From Nemertoderma westbladi (taxonomy: Eukaryota > Animalia > Xenacoelomorpha): a stretch of 64,000 bases of DNA. Where the stretch lies: assembly GCA_032718475.1 (NCBI GenBank), contig JAUCBJ010000896.1:1-64000 (forward strand), in the 5' to 3' direction. Of the stretch, positions 26,457 through 38,036 are shown piece by piece. Within the stretch, counting starts at the first letter, position 1, and every line of letters starts with the position of its first letter. A program made the position numbers and the translations under genes. The notes below the pieces were generated by a model, which was not told the origin of the DNA, ran no database searches, and saw nothing but the letters and a program-made list of their open reading frames with translations.

Positions 26457-27243
26457 CCGCTCCATGAAAACAGGATATTATAGTGCATAAAATATACGGT
26501 TTTCACCAATAATCAATCAAATTATAGAATACTTAGGGCGTACTTACATATTTACAAATTAAATTTCAAACAATACTTCCTTTCTACATAATGATTCGAT
26601 ACAAAATAATTACAAATTCAAACTTTACATATTTAAGGCTTTACTAAGTAAGTACAATATAAATCTAAATTAAATTCACCAATATAAATCTATTGCATCT
26701 CAATATTGCAAAATTCAAATAATTACAAATACAAATAAATGAAAATCATAAGAAAGGCTCGCGAGTCTTCCATCTACTATTGCATCTCAAATATTGCATA
26801 AATTCAAATAATTACAAATACTTTCGTGCCTAAATATAGATTGCATAAGTTCGGAATAATTACAAATATGAGTCTTTCTAAGTACAAAACTTTCTAACTA
26901 TAAAACTTTCTAAATACAAAATATAACGCTTTACAAATGAAACTATAAGAAAGGCCCACGAGTCTTCCATCTACTCTTACTTTCTATCTCACTGTAAATA
27001 CAAATACTGCTTATAAGATATATATTGCATAGTATTCGGAACAATATAAATTGCATAAGTTCGGAATAATCACAAATATAAAATATAAATCTTGCAAAAT
27101 ACAAATTCTTACTAAATATAAATCTTACTAAATACGAGTTCTTCCAGAATACAAAACTTACTAAATATAAAACATATAATTCAAATAAATCACAAATTCA
27201 CAAGAAAGGCTCACGAGTCTTCCGTCCACCCTTGCCCTCCCTT

Positions 27244-28708
27244 TTATTGCTTAGTAGATCGAGCCCTGCCTCGTCCTCGAAAACTGCGCACAGGTGACTT
27301 TGCTCGCGATATGGGACTCGTGGGGCGAGTCACTGGTTTTGTTTGGACGTTGGGAGACGGTGCGCCCGTTTCCTCACAAATTCGTCTATTTGGTATCCCG
27401 AAACCTCTACCGATTCCTCGTGACCGATCAGTTGTCACTACAGTTGGTAAAACGTCTGGGAACGCGCGGGAAGCGGACGACGCAGACCCAAGAGTAGCTT
27501 GCGCCCCCTTTTGATCAGCTGGTGTATGTCCCGATCCTCCTGTTGGTTCTCTAGGAAGCGATACCGTATCCCGAGTAATTCGAATAGTCGGCTCGACTCC
27601 CTTGCGTTCTTCTATATTAATAGACTTCTTTAATTGTTGGCTAACTTTCTGGACCCTTATGATCCTACCCTGCCCGTCCTCCCGAGGGTGACGTGCAGAC
27701 GGCGCAACCAGAGTGGCTGGTATATTTGTCGCCTCTAGGATCTCCTCTTCCTCGAATACGCTCGCTCGTATACGCCTATGATAGAACGCGGCTCGGTACG
27801 CCCATGCGACGTTTAACCAAGCTCCTTTATTCCGCTTTTCAGTTCGGAAACGATCAAATTCACCATACGTGATACGATTTACGACTTTCTGAAAATTCCA
27901 CGTGTTCTTTTTGTCCGGGTGAATCTGTAATAGATACTCGCGCACCACTCGGAATCCACTGTCGTGAGGCAAGATGTCGACTACCTCGATAAGTTCGTCA
28001 TATTGGGGCATAGCGGAGATGTATCCTTCCGACATCATCGTTTGGGGATTTACCGCCCAAAATCCAAGATGCGCCCTCATCGGAAATCGTCTTCTTTGTG
28101 CCGATACATGTTCATCGGCTAAATCTTCCCACTCATCGAACAGTTTTCTCACGAGTTTTACAGATTCGTGTTCATAAGGTATGTCTCTTAGTTGGCATTC
28201 AGATGCTCGATGCCCTTTTATATTGCATTAAGTACATTGAGCCATAAATCTCCAGCAAGTATAAAAGGTATGAGACCCTTGATCTCCACACCATCCACAG
28301 ATTAGTTGAGTCGTAGTAATGTGCTTTCCACTGCACTTTGTCATATGATGTCCAGCGACGCCACATTTACAACACATCGTATTGGCAGGGTACCACACTC
28401 GTTCATATATAAGATCTCCAATTGGTCGAGCGCTTCCTCCCACACTATAATCATAATCATCTGGATCTATGGGTTGGTAGGTTTCTGAAGGTTGTATACA
28501 AACTACAGCATCTGTTGCTTCAAGTTGTCGAATCTCCGTCTGAGATTTCTTCGGGAGGTTCCTTTCAATCTCAAGAAGTTCCTCTAAAGGATCGTCAGTG
28601 ATCGTAGTCGTTACTTCGAAATCATCACCAAGGTGACCGATAGGCGCGCGCGTCTGCCGTGATTCATCCATAACCTCCACGATACGTTCTCCTTCATAGG
28701 GTAACAAT
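27244..28708 (-). pseudogene. Accessory ORF, 3' part: triple CCHC zinc knuckle, conserved helical domain and basic tail; nonsense codon at 28228-28230
   Basis: CCKCGVAGHHMTKC, CGWCGDQGSHTFYTC, CT*CNIKGHRASEC; the duplicate copy has TAT (Tyr) at the stop position. Confidence 0.85.
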
Positions 28709-29642
28709 GTAAATGTTAGGGTTATGATTGATGGTGTTATGCGGGACTGATATACTGTATGTATATAGGTAGGAGGATTCCAAAGAGATACCGGTTACTA
28801 CCTAGGTCAGTACGGCAGGAGGTAGAGATAGATAGATTCAGTACAGCAGTACATTGTATTCGTCCGTCCTGCTTTACTTTATGCCGTCATACCATCAGTA
28901 TGGGACTGCAGGTTTATAGGAATATATAGATATATATGATCATCACTTATCTTTATTATATCTTCACGTTTACCTTGGGAACTAACAAATGGCGCTGCGA
29001 GTTGAAAGAAACCTATGGGCCTTGATACTGACTAACTGGACTACAGACCAGGGCCACGCATTGCTGCTTTGATTAGGCCTATTGATTTGATACTACATCA
29101 GCAGGACGGTAATTGCAACTACAGAACTACTGACCAAATTGCTACATCAGTACAGACCGGTACGGATCAACCGTACTGAGGTCACTGCTACAGCTTTTAC
29201 ATACGTACCGTCTCACCGTCGGTTGCTACCGCCACAACCAGACAACGATTACCGTTGCTTTCAAAACTTCTACCTACCATTCCAACCAGCCTAGACCGTA
29301 CATTCCTGCATTCGTTTTTTCTTACACCGGTATTACAAACCGGGCTGGCAGGAGGGAAATAGGCCAACCCTGCTACTCTAAGCCTACAGTCTGACAGTAA
29401 CTACAAACATTTCTACCAGTAAATTGCTATTGCAGTATTGTAACCCGTCTTTAAAAATATTCCAGTTATACTTGTTGACTGGAAGGAAAGAACCTGTATT
29501 CTTTGGCCATTCTGCCATTCGTTCATTTGTTCTACAATATGCAATACACCGGTACTCATTACTGATATACCTGTATACAGAGCAATACTTGTCAGACTAC
29601 TGGTAGGCCTAGATCTGCCAAATAAACATTTCTATACATACA

Positions 29643-32600
29643 ATGGCAGCGGCAGCCCCTGTATATACAAGGCTGTTTAAACCTTTCAAACAAACAGACA
29701 AATGGAGTGTCTATAAAACCATGATTTTGACAATTATAAATTCTGTTAGAATACCAGATAACAGTAACCCCGAAGAAGAAAAAAGGAAAATTTTAATTTC
29801 AAATTGTGGAACTGACCTCCTTGAAATAATAATAGATATTATTTACCCAGTAGACGTCAATGATGCTACATTTACAGTCATTATAGATGCTCTCAATGAT
29901 TATTTTCAATCATCCATAAACAAAGAGGCTGAAGTACGCAAATTTATTAGATTGCAGCAATTGCCTGCAGAATCTGTAACTGATTTTGTTAAACGTCTAC
30001 GCTCTGGGTCACGCTACTGTGAATTTGGAACAAGCCTGGACAGCAGGCTGAAAGAACAATTGCTTGCAGGCATAGCGAATGAATCTATAGCTACAGAATT
30101 GATGCGGTCAAAACCTACAGATTTTGCTACCGCGATTCAAGTTGCACGAAATTATGAAGAGGCATGCAATTTTGCAAAACGAGATATAGACGGGTTAACG
30201 GTACAAATGTCTAAACTAAACCCAAACTATGGGGCTTCTGAGCCGCATAATTATAAAAGTAGTAGTTTTTCACACATTCAATGCTTACGTTGTAATAAAA
30301 AAGGGCATAAATCTAACAGATGCAATGTGTCAGCAAGTATAACATGTCACTTTTGTGGAAATGCGGGCCATTTAGAAGTTGCGTGTTTGAAGAAAAGGGC
30401 CACATACACAAATTCAGGCAGTTTTAAACAGCAACGACCTGATAGACAGTTAAATACAAGTTCTAATAAAACTTGTAAATCATTTAGTAAAGCCCATGCA
30501 GTTGATGTTACAGATACAGGTGAAAGTACAGATGAAGAAGATATGTTTGAACAAATGAAAAGTTTTACTATAAAAGCAGAAATTGAAACCAATCAACTTA
30601 ATAAGGTAGATCCAATGACTACAATCATAACTGTAAATAACTCAAAGCCAATAATTTTTGAGCTTGACACAGGTGCACGTCATTCGGCCATTACATATTC
30701 AACATTAGAAAAGTATATACCAGAATTTAAGTTGGAAGAGAGTGATGCAACACTACGTGGTTACTGTGATGGTACAAAAAAGGTTCTAGGTCTTTGCCAT
30801 GTCACAGTACATATACCCAAATTGAACAAGACAGTTAATAATCTACCATTACTAGTGATCAATGGAAAAGTGAATACACCACTTTTTGGAAAACATTGGG
30901 TGGATACGTTTGGAGAAGGAGTGGATAAGCTAGTAGAAACTGCTCCGTTCATAGTGAAGTCCTTAGTACCCAGGAGTGCCTTAGAAACTATTCTTGAAAA
31001 TAATAGAAATGTATTTGATGGATTAGGATGTTACAATGGTACGCCAGCTAATGTTAGTTTGAAAGTGAATGCCCAGCCCAAGTTTTTAAAGTGTAGAACT
31101 GTCCCCCACGCATTTTGCGAGAAAGTGGAGTTGATATTACAGTCAGATATTGACAAGGGCAGCCTTCGTAAACCACTACCAAATGAAAACATTGAATGGG
31201 CTACCCCACTTGTTGTCGCAAAAAAACCTGGTTTAGATGACAAAATACGAGTCTGTGGGGATTATAAAAGTACATTAAATCCACATATCATAGATGATCC
31301 ATTTCCCTTACCTACATTTGATGAAATTGCAGCAAAACTGGAGGGTGGAGAAGAGTTTACAGTGATTGACCTAAGAGAAGCCTACCATCAGCTTCCTCTA
31401 GATCAGCATTCCCAACTACTTACGACTTTAAATACTCCACTTGGACTCTTAATACCAACTCGTGTTCCTTACGGGATAAAAACCGCAAGCACTAAGTGTT
31501 TAAAAGTTGTTGATGAGGTACTTCAAGAAGTCGACTGTAAAGAATCTGTTGCTGCTTACATGGATGAAATAATAATAACAGGTACAAATCGTCAGGATCA
31601 TTTAGAGAGACTTTGCAAAGTTCTCAAACAATTACAACAACGAAACATAACGTTACGGAGAGAAAAGTGTGCATTTTTACAGGATGAAGTCAAATTCTGC
31701 GGCCATGTCATTTCGAAACATGGAATTGCTCCTGATAAGGACAAAATTGAAGCAGTAGTGAAATTGCAGGAACCTTCAACTACCAAAGAGCTTCAGTCAG
31801 CTTTAGGATGTCAAAGTCGATTTTAACAATGTGATTTCTCAGAAGGATGGAACGACTTTGCATGGCTGCGATTACGCAATAAAGGGGGTCATGCTGTCAT
31901 GGGCGTTGTAACTTGAATTCGAGAAAACTATCTCGCTCACAAACGGATAAATGGTGTCTATAATTGAGGTCAATGAACTTGCTACCTAGGCCTATCTAAC
32001 GTGGGAGGTTATTATGATATCAAGCTTTAATTAGGTTATACCCAAGAGGTTTATAAATAACTCCAAAAACTCACCGGATTGATAATAATCGGCCCCCAAC
32101 CTAGGAGCTGTCTCCAGTAATAATTATTGTGGTTCAATAATATCGGCAATAGGTCTATAGCAATAAGCACCAACATTAACAACCAAACTGTAGGTCAACA
32201 TTACAGCATTAGAAATCTTGGAATATTGAAATATATCCGAAAATAAGGCGAGATAACAGTTTGTAGGGGTTTGGACCCGACAAACGCTGTGTTTCAGAAT
32301 TTCAAATGCCCCAATAATCCATCCTTGAGCTGTTCACGGTACAGACGGTACACGGTACCGCTATCACAAGTAAAGGTTGACTGACACGGTCAGACGGGCA
32401 ATTGAAAGTGATGACTGCAGACTGACACGGTCAGATGTACAAAGTATGTATAAAGTAATGAATACAGACTGACACGGTCAGACTGTACAAAGTATGTATA
32501 AAGTAATGAATACAGACTGACACAGTCAGACTGTAATTAATGATAATAAAAACACAGCGCCAATTTGCCTGTGGACCAACATCGGCAAACCGCCGTTGAC

Positions 32601-34751
32601 ATAGGATTCTTCAACTATTTGAGAAAGTTCATCCCGAATTATGCAGAAATGGCCCAACCCCTTTACAAAATGTTAGAGAAAGGAAATAAGTTTTTGTGGA
32701 CCAAAGTTGAAAGTAAGGCTTTTACCGACCTGAAACGGGCCATCACAAAATATACAATGCTTTGTTTTTTTGATACAAGAAAGGAAACACATCTAATTAC
32801 AGATGCTTCAGAACAGACAATATCTGCAATATTGTTACAGAAGAATACTGAAGGAAATCTATGCCCTATCGAATTCATGTCTGCTTCCCTATCACAATGT
32901 CAGAAGCGCTATTCACAACTTGATCGTGAGGCTCTTGCTATCATTAGTGGAATCCGGAAATTCCGAAATTATTTAATAGGTAGAAAATTCCATTTCATTA
33001 CCGACAACGAGCCTCTCCGACATATATTATCACCTTCAAAGGCATTGCCAGCTCTAGCAGTTTCTCGGCTTCAGCACTGGGCAATGGAGTTGTCATCCTA
33101 TGAATTCAGTATGTCATACATAAAGTCACAATTGAACCCATCCGATTGTTTTACTCGAATTTCGCAACCAGGTAACATTGTAGATGATGATATTGATATC
33201 AAATGCTTTGATATTCAAGAAGAGCAAAACATTCGAGAGATACCATTAAATCGAGATGGTTTAAAAGCAGCCACTGCTAATGATAACGTTTTAAAATTAA
33301 TACTACAGCATTTAAATTGTCCAAATTCCGGAATTGCAAAGGATAAAGCTCTTCATGATTACAAACCTTTAATGATTGAACTATCCAGTAATGATGGAAT
33401 TTTATGCAGAGGAACAGCAACAATAATCTCAATATCACTTCAGAAGAAAGTTCTCCAAGAGCTCCATGGACCACATACTTGCGCACGACGAATGAAAGAA
33501 ACTGCTCGTAATGTAGTTTGGTGGTTGGGAATCTCAAAAGATATAGAACTATATGTGAAAAGTTGTGAAAGTTGCCAGAGATGTGCGAAAGAGGTACATG
33601 TCACAACATGTCCAATGCCAGAACCAATAGAACCTTTTGAAAGAATACATCTTGACTTTGCAGAATACGAATCGACAATCTTCTTAGGAATAGAATGTGC
33701 CAAGACAAAATGGTCTCGAGTTATTGTTCCCAACAAAGCAACAGCAGCTATAGTCATCACTGAACTTCGGAAATTTTTCGCCGATTTCTCTATCCCTAAA
33801 ATTATCGTTGCAGATAATGGTCCCCAATTCCGAGCCGAAGAATTGGATGCTTTTTGCATTGCAAATGGCATTAACCGATGGCCCTCACCACCATATAAAC
33901 CGTCTTGTAATGGTGCAGCTGAGAGACTAGTGCAATCATTCAAATCGTCATTAAAGAAACAAGAAGATGATAATGAAAAATTATCTATGGCAGATCGTAT
34001 AAGTAGATTCATGTTGTTTGACCATAATGCAATAAAATCAAATGGGAAAACCCCCGCCGAGTTAGTGTTAGCGTACAAGCCAAAGACCCGATTAGATAGA
34101 CTGATCAACTTCCCAGCAAAGATCAAGGACCCAAAAAATAGTCCTTACGTTATTGGTGAAGCTGTATGGATACGTAATTATTCACGATTATCTGGGCACT
34201 ATGAGCGTTGGTTGCCTGGTAAAGTGGTTCAATACATCGGAAATAGAATTATCACGGTTGAAGTGTGCGGTGTCATTGTCCGTCGCCACATTGACCAAAT
34301 GAGACGCCGTTATAGTCCATTTGTAGGAACTTCACGCAGTATAGCGCCCCCCGAGATAACTAGTTCGCAACCCCTACCACCATATTACCATAGGTTAATA
34401 AATATTCCGGAAACAACTCCGGTCCATATTCAACGACGTTCTGAGAAGACACTTACCCAGATTCCACTGGAATGCACCTTCGAACCAACACAAGAACGGG
34501 TCGAGAGCTTTGTAACGCCCTGCAACAACCCACCATCACCTCATATTCAACGACGTTCTGAGAAGACACTTACCCAGATTCCACTGGAATGCACCTTCGA
34601 ACCAACACAAGAACGGGTCGAGAGCTTTGTAACGCCCTGCAACAACCCACCATCACCTACGGTACACAACCAGGGTGAACAACTCTCCAATGAACATCTA
34701 GCGAGATACCCACGACGGGCTCATAAGAAACCAAACTATTATGGATATTAA
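29643..34751 (+). CDS. Gypsy gag-pol polyprotein (1436 aa once the solo LTR and one TSD are removed)
   Basis: Two CCHC knuckles, protease FELDTGA, RT (IRVCGDYK, YMDE), RNase H (ITDAS, YSQLDREAL), integrase (HLDF, VADNGPQF, NGAAERLV); SALG/FFNY rejoins in frame. Confidence 0.92.
31809..32601. mobile_element. Solo LTR (793 bp) of an unrelated family inserted in Gypsy pol
   Basis: TGTCAA...TTGACA termini; TSD TAGGA at 31804-31808 and 32602-32606. Confidence 0.85.
34425..34658 (+). repeat. 117-bp in-frame tandem duplication in the Gypsy integrase tail
   Basis: HIQRRSEKTL...CNNPPSP occurs twice. Confidence 0.95.
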
Positions 34752-35114
34752 TATGGGAATAGGAGACTATAATAAGCCTGAACATAATACTAAAAGATTC
34801 ATATTGTGTGTTTTATATGAATTATTTTGTGGGGGGAAATTGTTAGGGTTATGATTGATGGTGTTATGCGGGACTGATATACTGTATGTACATAGGTAGG
34901 AGGATTCCAAGGAGATACCTGTTACTACCTAGGTCAGTACGGCAGGAGGTAGAGATAGATAGATTCAGTACAGCAGTACATTGTATTCGTCCGTCCTGCT
35001 TTACTTTATGCCGTCATACCATCAGTATGGGACTGCAGGTTTATAGGAATATATAGATATATATGATCATCACTTATCTTTATTATATCTTCACGTTTAC
35101 CTTGGGAACTAACA

Positions 35115-35671
35115 GTAAACATAGATGGTCTTTCGATAAGAGATCCCGCACAGCGTAGATACACGTCTCGAAATATACTAAATCCTGCTCGAGTAAAGGC
35201 ATTACACTGAGCGTCGGAGTTGTAGAAGGGTTCAAGAAATCGTCTAAACACGTCGGTATGAATTCTCCCTTCCATGTAGAACGTATGATCTTCTCCGAGA
35301 CAAAGTGGATGTCTTTTAAGAGTCCGAGACACAATGTCGGCGATTAAGCAAACATTCACTGACGACTCTATTGCTAAATAATATTGTAGGACCGCTCTTG
35401 GAGGTGACGTAATAGCCCAATACACGCATCCTCTCCATTTGAGCTGCGATTCAAACTCACTCATATCTGGAGTATCACCTTCTCCATAAGTCTCAATATA
35501 CTTAGCTCTCTTACTTTCCTTATAATCCCAATTGAATAACAGGTAGGAAATGTATCCAGTTCCAGTCTTCTGAGTATTATACTCACGAAAATATCCCTGT
35601 TCTATAGACCACAAGATAAGGGGTCGAGTGTCGACGTAAGGTGTCGGTAGTCGGTCATCGCTGTCCGTCAT
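35115..35671 (-). CDS. Accessory ORF, middle part (unknown function), cut by the Gypsy insertion
   Basis: Removing the Gypsy element and one GTAAA joins ...ERPSMFT to LLPYEGERIV... in frame. Confidence 0.75.
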
Positions 35672-35734
35672 GCCGGCGAAGTCGCTAATTAAGTCCTCCC
35701 TTACTCCTGATCCAATCTTTACAACAGTTTTATC

Positions 35735-37375
35735 TCAAATCATATTTCTTACCATCTTCGGTAGCATTCTAGCATCGATATTACAAGCTTGGTCCATCTT
35801 CTTTACTATGTCAGTGATGAGATGGTGTCGCTTTGTATTTACTGGGGGTATCGGCATTCGTTTGTCGCTCCTCTGTCTACTGAAAACGTGCAAGACTCCG
35901 TCCGCCGCTCTAATTTGTATAGTCTTAGAAGTTAAACTCTGTTGATGACTGCCGCCCTCATTATCGTAAAACATGTAACCATTTTCCTGAAACGATCTAA
36001 ACGTTCTATTCCATTCGTCCAACAATTCTTCCGAAGGTTGCCAAATCTTCTCTATGTCCTTATCATCTTCGAAACGAATAACCTTACCTCGCCAATCTGC
36101 GGCAATATCTTTATCCGACTCGAAGGTTCCAGTTCCAATCCATAAACGAATCGTTCTGGTTAAATATCCTTTCAAATTACTCGGAGCTATATCAGCACCA
36201 GCTCTATCCAGTTCCTTAAAGTCTTGAATATGAGGTGGAATGTTATACACGACCTTTTGAGTAATATGTCTACGTAAATCATATATCTTACTCATATCGC
36301 TAAAAACAACTGCAGGAAGGAACTCCAAGTTTGAAATGATTTCTGGATGATCCACGATGGGTATTTCGTACGTCGTATCCTGTCGGACTGGTATACTAAT
36401 AGAAAAATTGAGTGTCGTACTCAATGGTTTCGTAGTCGAAGTACTATATGGTTGCATTTCTCTTGTCCTCTCCGGGGATGCAATCTGTAGTCTCTGAATA
36501 ACGTTTTGAGCAAAGTTTATGCTCTCGAAAACTTCCGGTGTCATCTCCTTAGCTGGAGTTTGATCGTGTGACGTCCAATGGTAAGGTAGGCTCGCGAGTC
36601 TTCCGCCCCATTCTTCCATCTCACCTTTCTCGAAAGCCTTGTAGGCTCTGTATAGGCTAAGAGCTTCTTTCTTTTCGCGGGTTGACTGATTCGCCTCGTC
36701 CAGCGTAAGTTCAAATGCATCGGGTTCAACAACCTTAGGTGGGTAAACAACAGTTTCTCCCGCCTTTGGTCCAGTCATAGCAAACGAATGATATGGATTT
36801 GATAAAGGATACCCTCCTTCCTGGTAGCGTAGTTGTTGATGGTTCGAACACCTCGCCAATATCGGTTCAGGATTTTCCTTATTCAAACGCATCGGAATCG
36901 CATTTCGTTGTTCGCGCATACAAGAACCGCATTGATAATAAAGTTTATAAACTGAAAATGCTTCCTTGGTTTCTCTATCGTCCCCTCGTGTTCGTCTGTA
37001 AAGATGCATTCCATCAAATTCATCGCGTACCGCGGGCATAGGTTCGTGCGCCTTCAGGTATTGCATAGTATGATACAAACGACTAATTTCAGTATCGGGG
37101 TCTTCGCTAATGTCTCCCGTATCACACAAAGCGTCGTACGGGTAAAGTTCATTGAAGGTTTTGCGTAAACTTTCGATTCTTTCATTTAATGCGTTTTGCC
37201 TTCTCTTTAATACATTTGAGTCATATTTAGTTCTTGCGAGTTTTGCCGTACTTTCTGATAATTCTTTTATACCAAATATAGTATAGTCTTTGGCTCCAAA
37301 TCTCTCAAATGGCGCTGCTGCTTCCTCTTGGATATCATATCCCCATCTCGGCTCTCCATGTATCTCCTTCTCCAT
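35735..37375 (-). CDS. Accessory ORF, 5' part (unknown function; first ATG at 37375); possible CxxC...CxxH metal site
   Basis: Long sense ORF downstream of pol; in frame with the next part across one TGA; no evident signal peptide or transmembrane segment. Confidence 0.75.
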   Translation of the reverse strand: MEKEIHGEPRWGYDIQEEAAAPFERFGAKDYTIFGIKELSESTAKLARTKYDSNVLKRRQNALNERIESLRKTFNELYPYDALCDTGDISEDPDTEISRLYHTMQYLKAHEPMPAVRDEFDGMHLYRRTRGDDRETKEAFSVYKLYYQCGSCMREQRNAIPMRLNKENPEPILARCSNHQQLRYQEGGYPLSNPYHSFAMTGPKAGETVVYPPKVVEPDAFELTLDEANQSTREKKEALSLYRAYKAFEKGEMEEWGGRLASLPYHWTSHDQTPAKEMTPEVFESINFAQNVIQRLQIASPERTREMQPYSTSTTKPLSTTLNFSISIPVRQDTTYEIPIVDHPEIISNLEFLPAVVFSDMSKIYDLRRHITQKVVYNIPPHIQDFKELDRAGADIAPSNLKGYLTRTIRLWIGTGTFESDKDIAADWRGKVIRFEDDKDIEKIWQPSEELLDEWNRTFRSFQENGYMFYDNEGGSHQQSLTSKTIQIRAADGVLHVFSRQRSDKRMPIPPVNTKRHHLITDIVKKMDQACNIDARMLPKMVRNMI

Positions 37376-38036
37376 AATTAGAGGTGTAGTTACATAATCA
37401 TTACTACTAGAGGGAATACAACAGAGTTTATAGTTAGTTGTGAGGAGACGTGAGAGTTTCGTCTGCCTTTTGGGCTTCGACAACGCTCTAACCTCCTACC
37501 CATAGCCTAAGATCTAGGGTTTCTTTAATGACACGCTGCTTCTTATCTAAAATTTTTTGCTGAAATAAAAACGAATTTGGGCTAAACTGGCTGTGAGTCT
37601 AAAATACTCACCTTTTGATCCCAAACTATTATCAGAAAATAAGCAATCAAGAATTAGTAATAAATATAGGGGAGTCTATTTTGACGTAACTTATTGAAAC
37701 AAGACCGTGTAAAATTTAATTAAAATTTTAAGAAAGGCTCGCAAGTCTTCCTCTCTTGTTTCTCTAATTTTTAAGTTCCACCCGACTGTACCCTGAAATC
37801 TATTCACTGGAGAAAATTTTGAAAATTTTTCAAATCCAAATGGATTGTCTAAAATTTCGAAAATGTCTCAATATTGTGAGTTCCAAGTAGAATTCCATTT
37901 CTTATACCTACAAATCCCGCTCCTATGTGACACATAAGGGTACTACCCTCAATGTTCACATATAAAGACAATGGAATTCTACCGCTGTCCTTACTACGGT
38001 GTACAGGTACGTGGAAATCTATTTGTAAACTCCTAA

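Larger units (their letters stand above)
28714..35114 (+). mobile_element. Ty3/Gypsy LTR retrotransposon (Mag-like) nested in the BEL accessory ORF
   Basis: 274-bp TG..CA LTRs at 28714-28987 and 34841-35114; TSD GTAAA; PBS TGGCGCTGCGAG at 28990 (tRNA-Ser-like 3' end); PPT GGGGGGAAA at 34831. Confidence 0.95.

Noticed and set aside
24536-29362. Apparent 4.8-kb LTR containing a gene
   Set aside because: PPT, TSD and the partial third copy set the LTR at 1921 bp; the rest is a secondary duplication.
33440-34126. 228-aa antisense ORF and similar shadow ORFs over pol genes
   Set aside because: Antisense shadows of real coding frames.
35735-37483. env gene
   Set aside because: The position fits, but there is no signal peptide, fusion peptide or C-terminal transmembrane segment.
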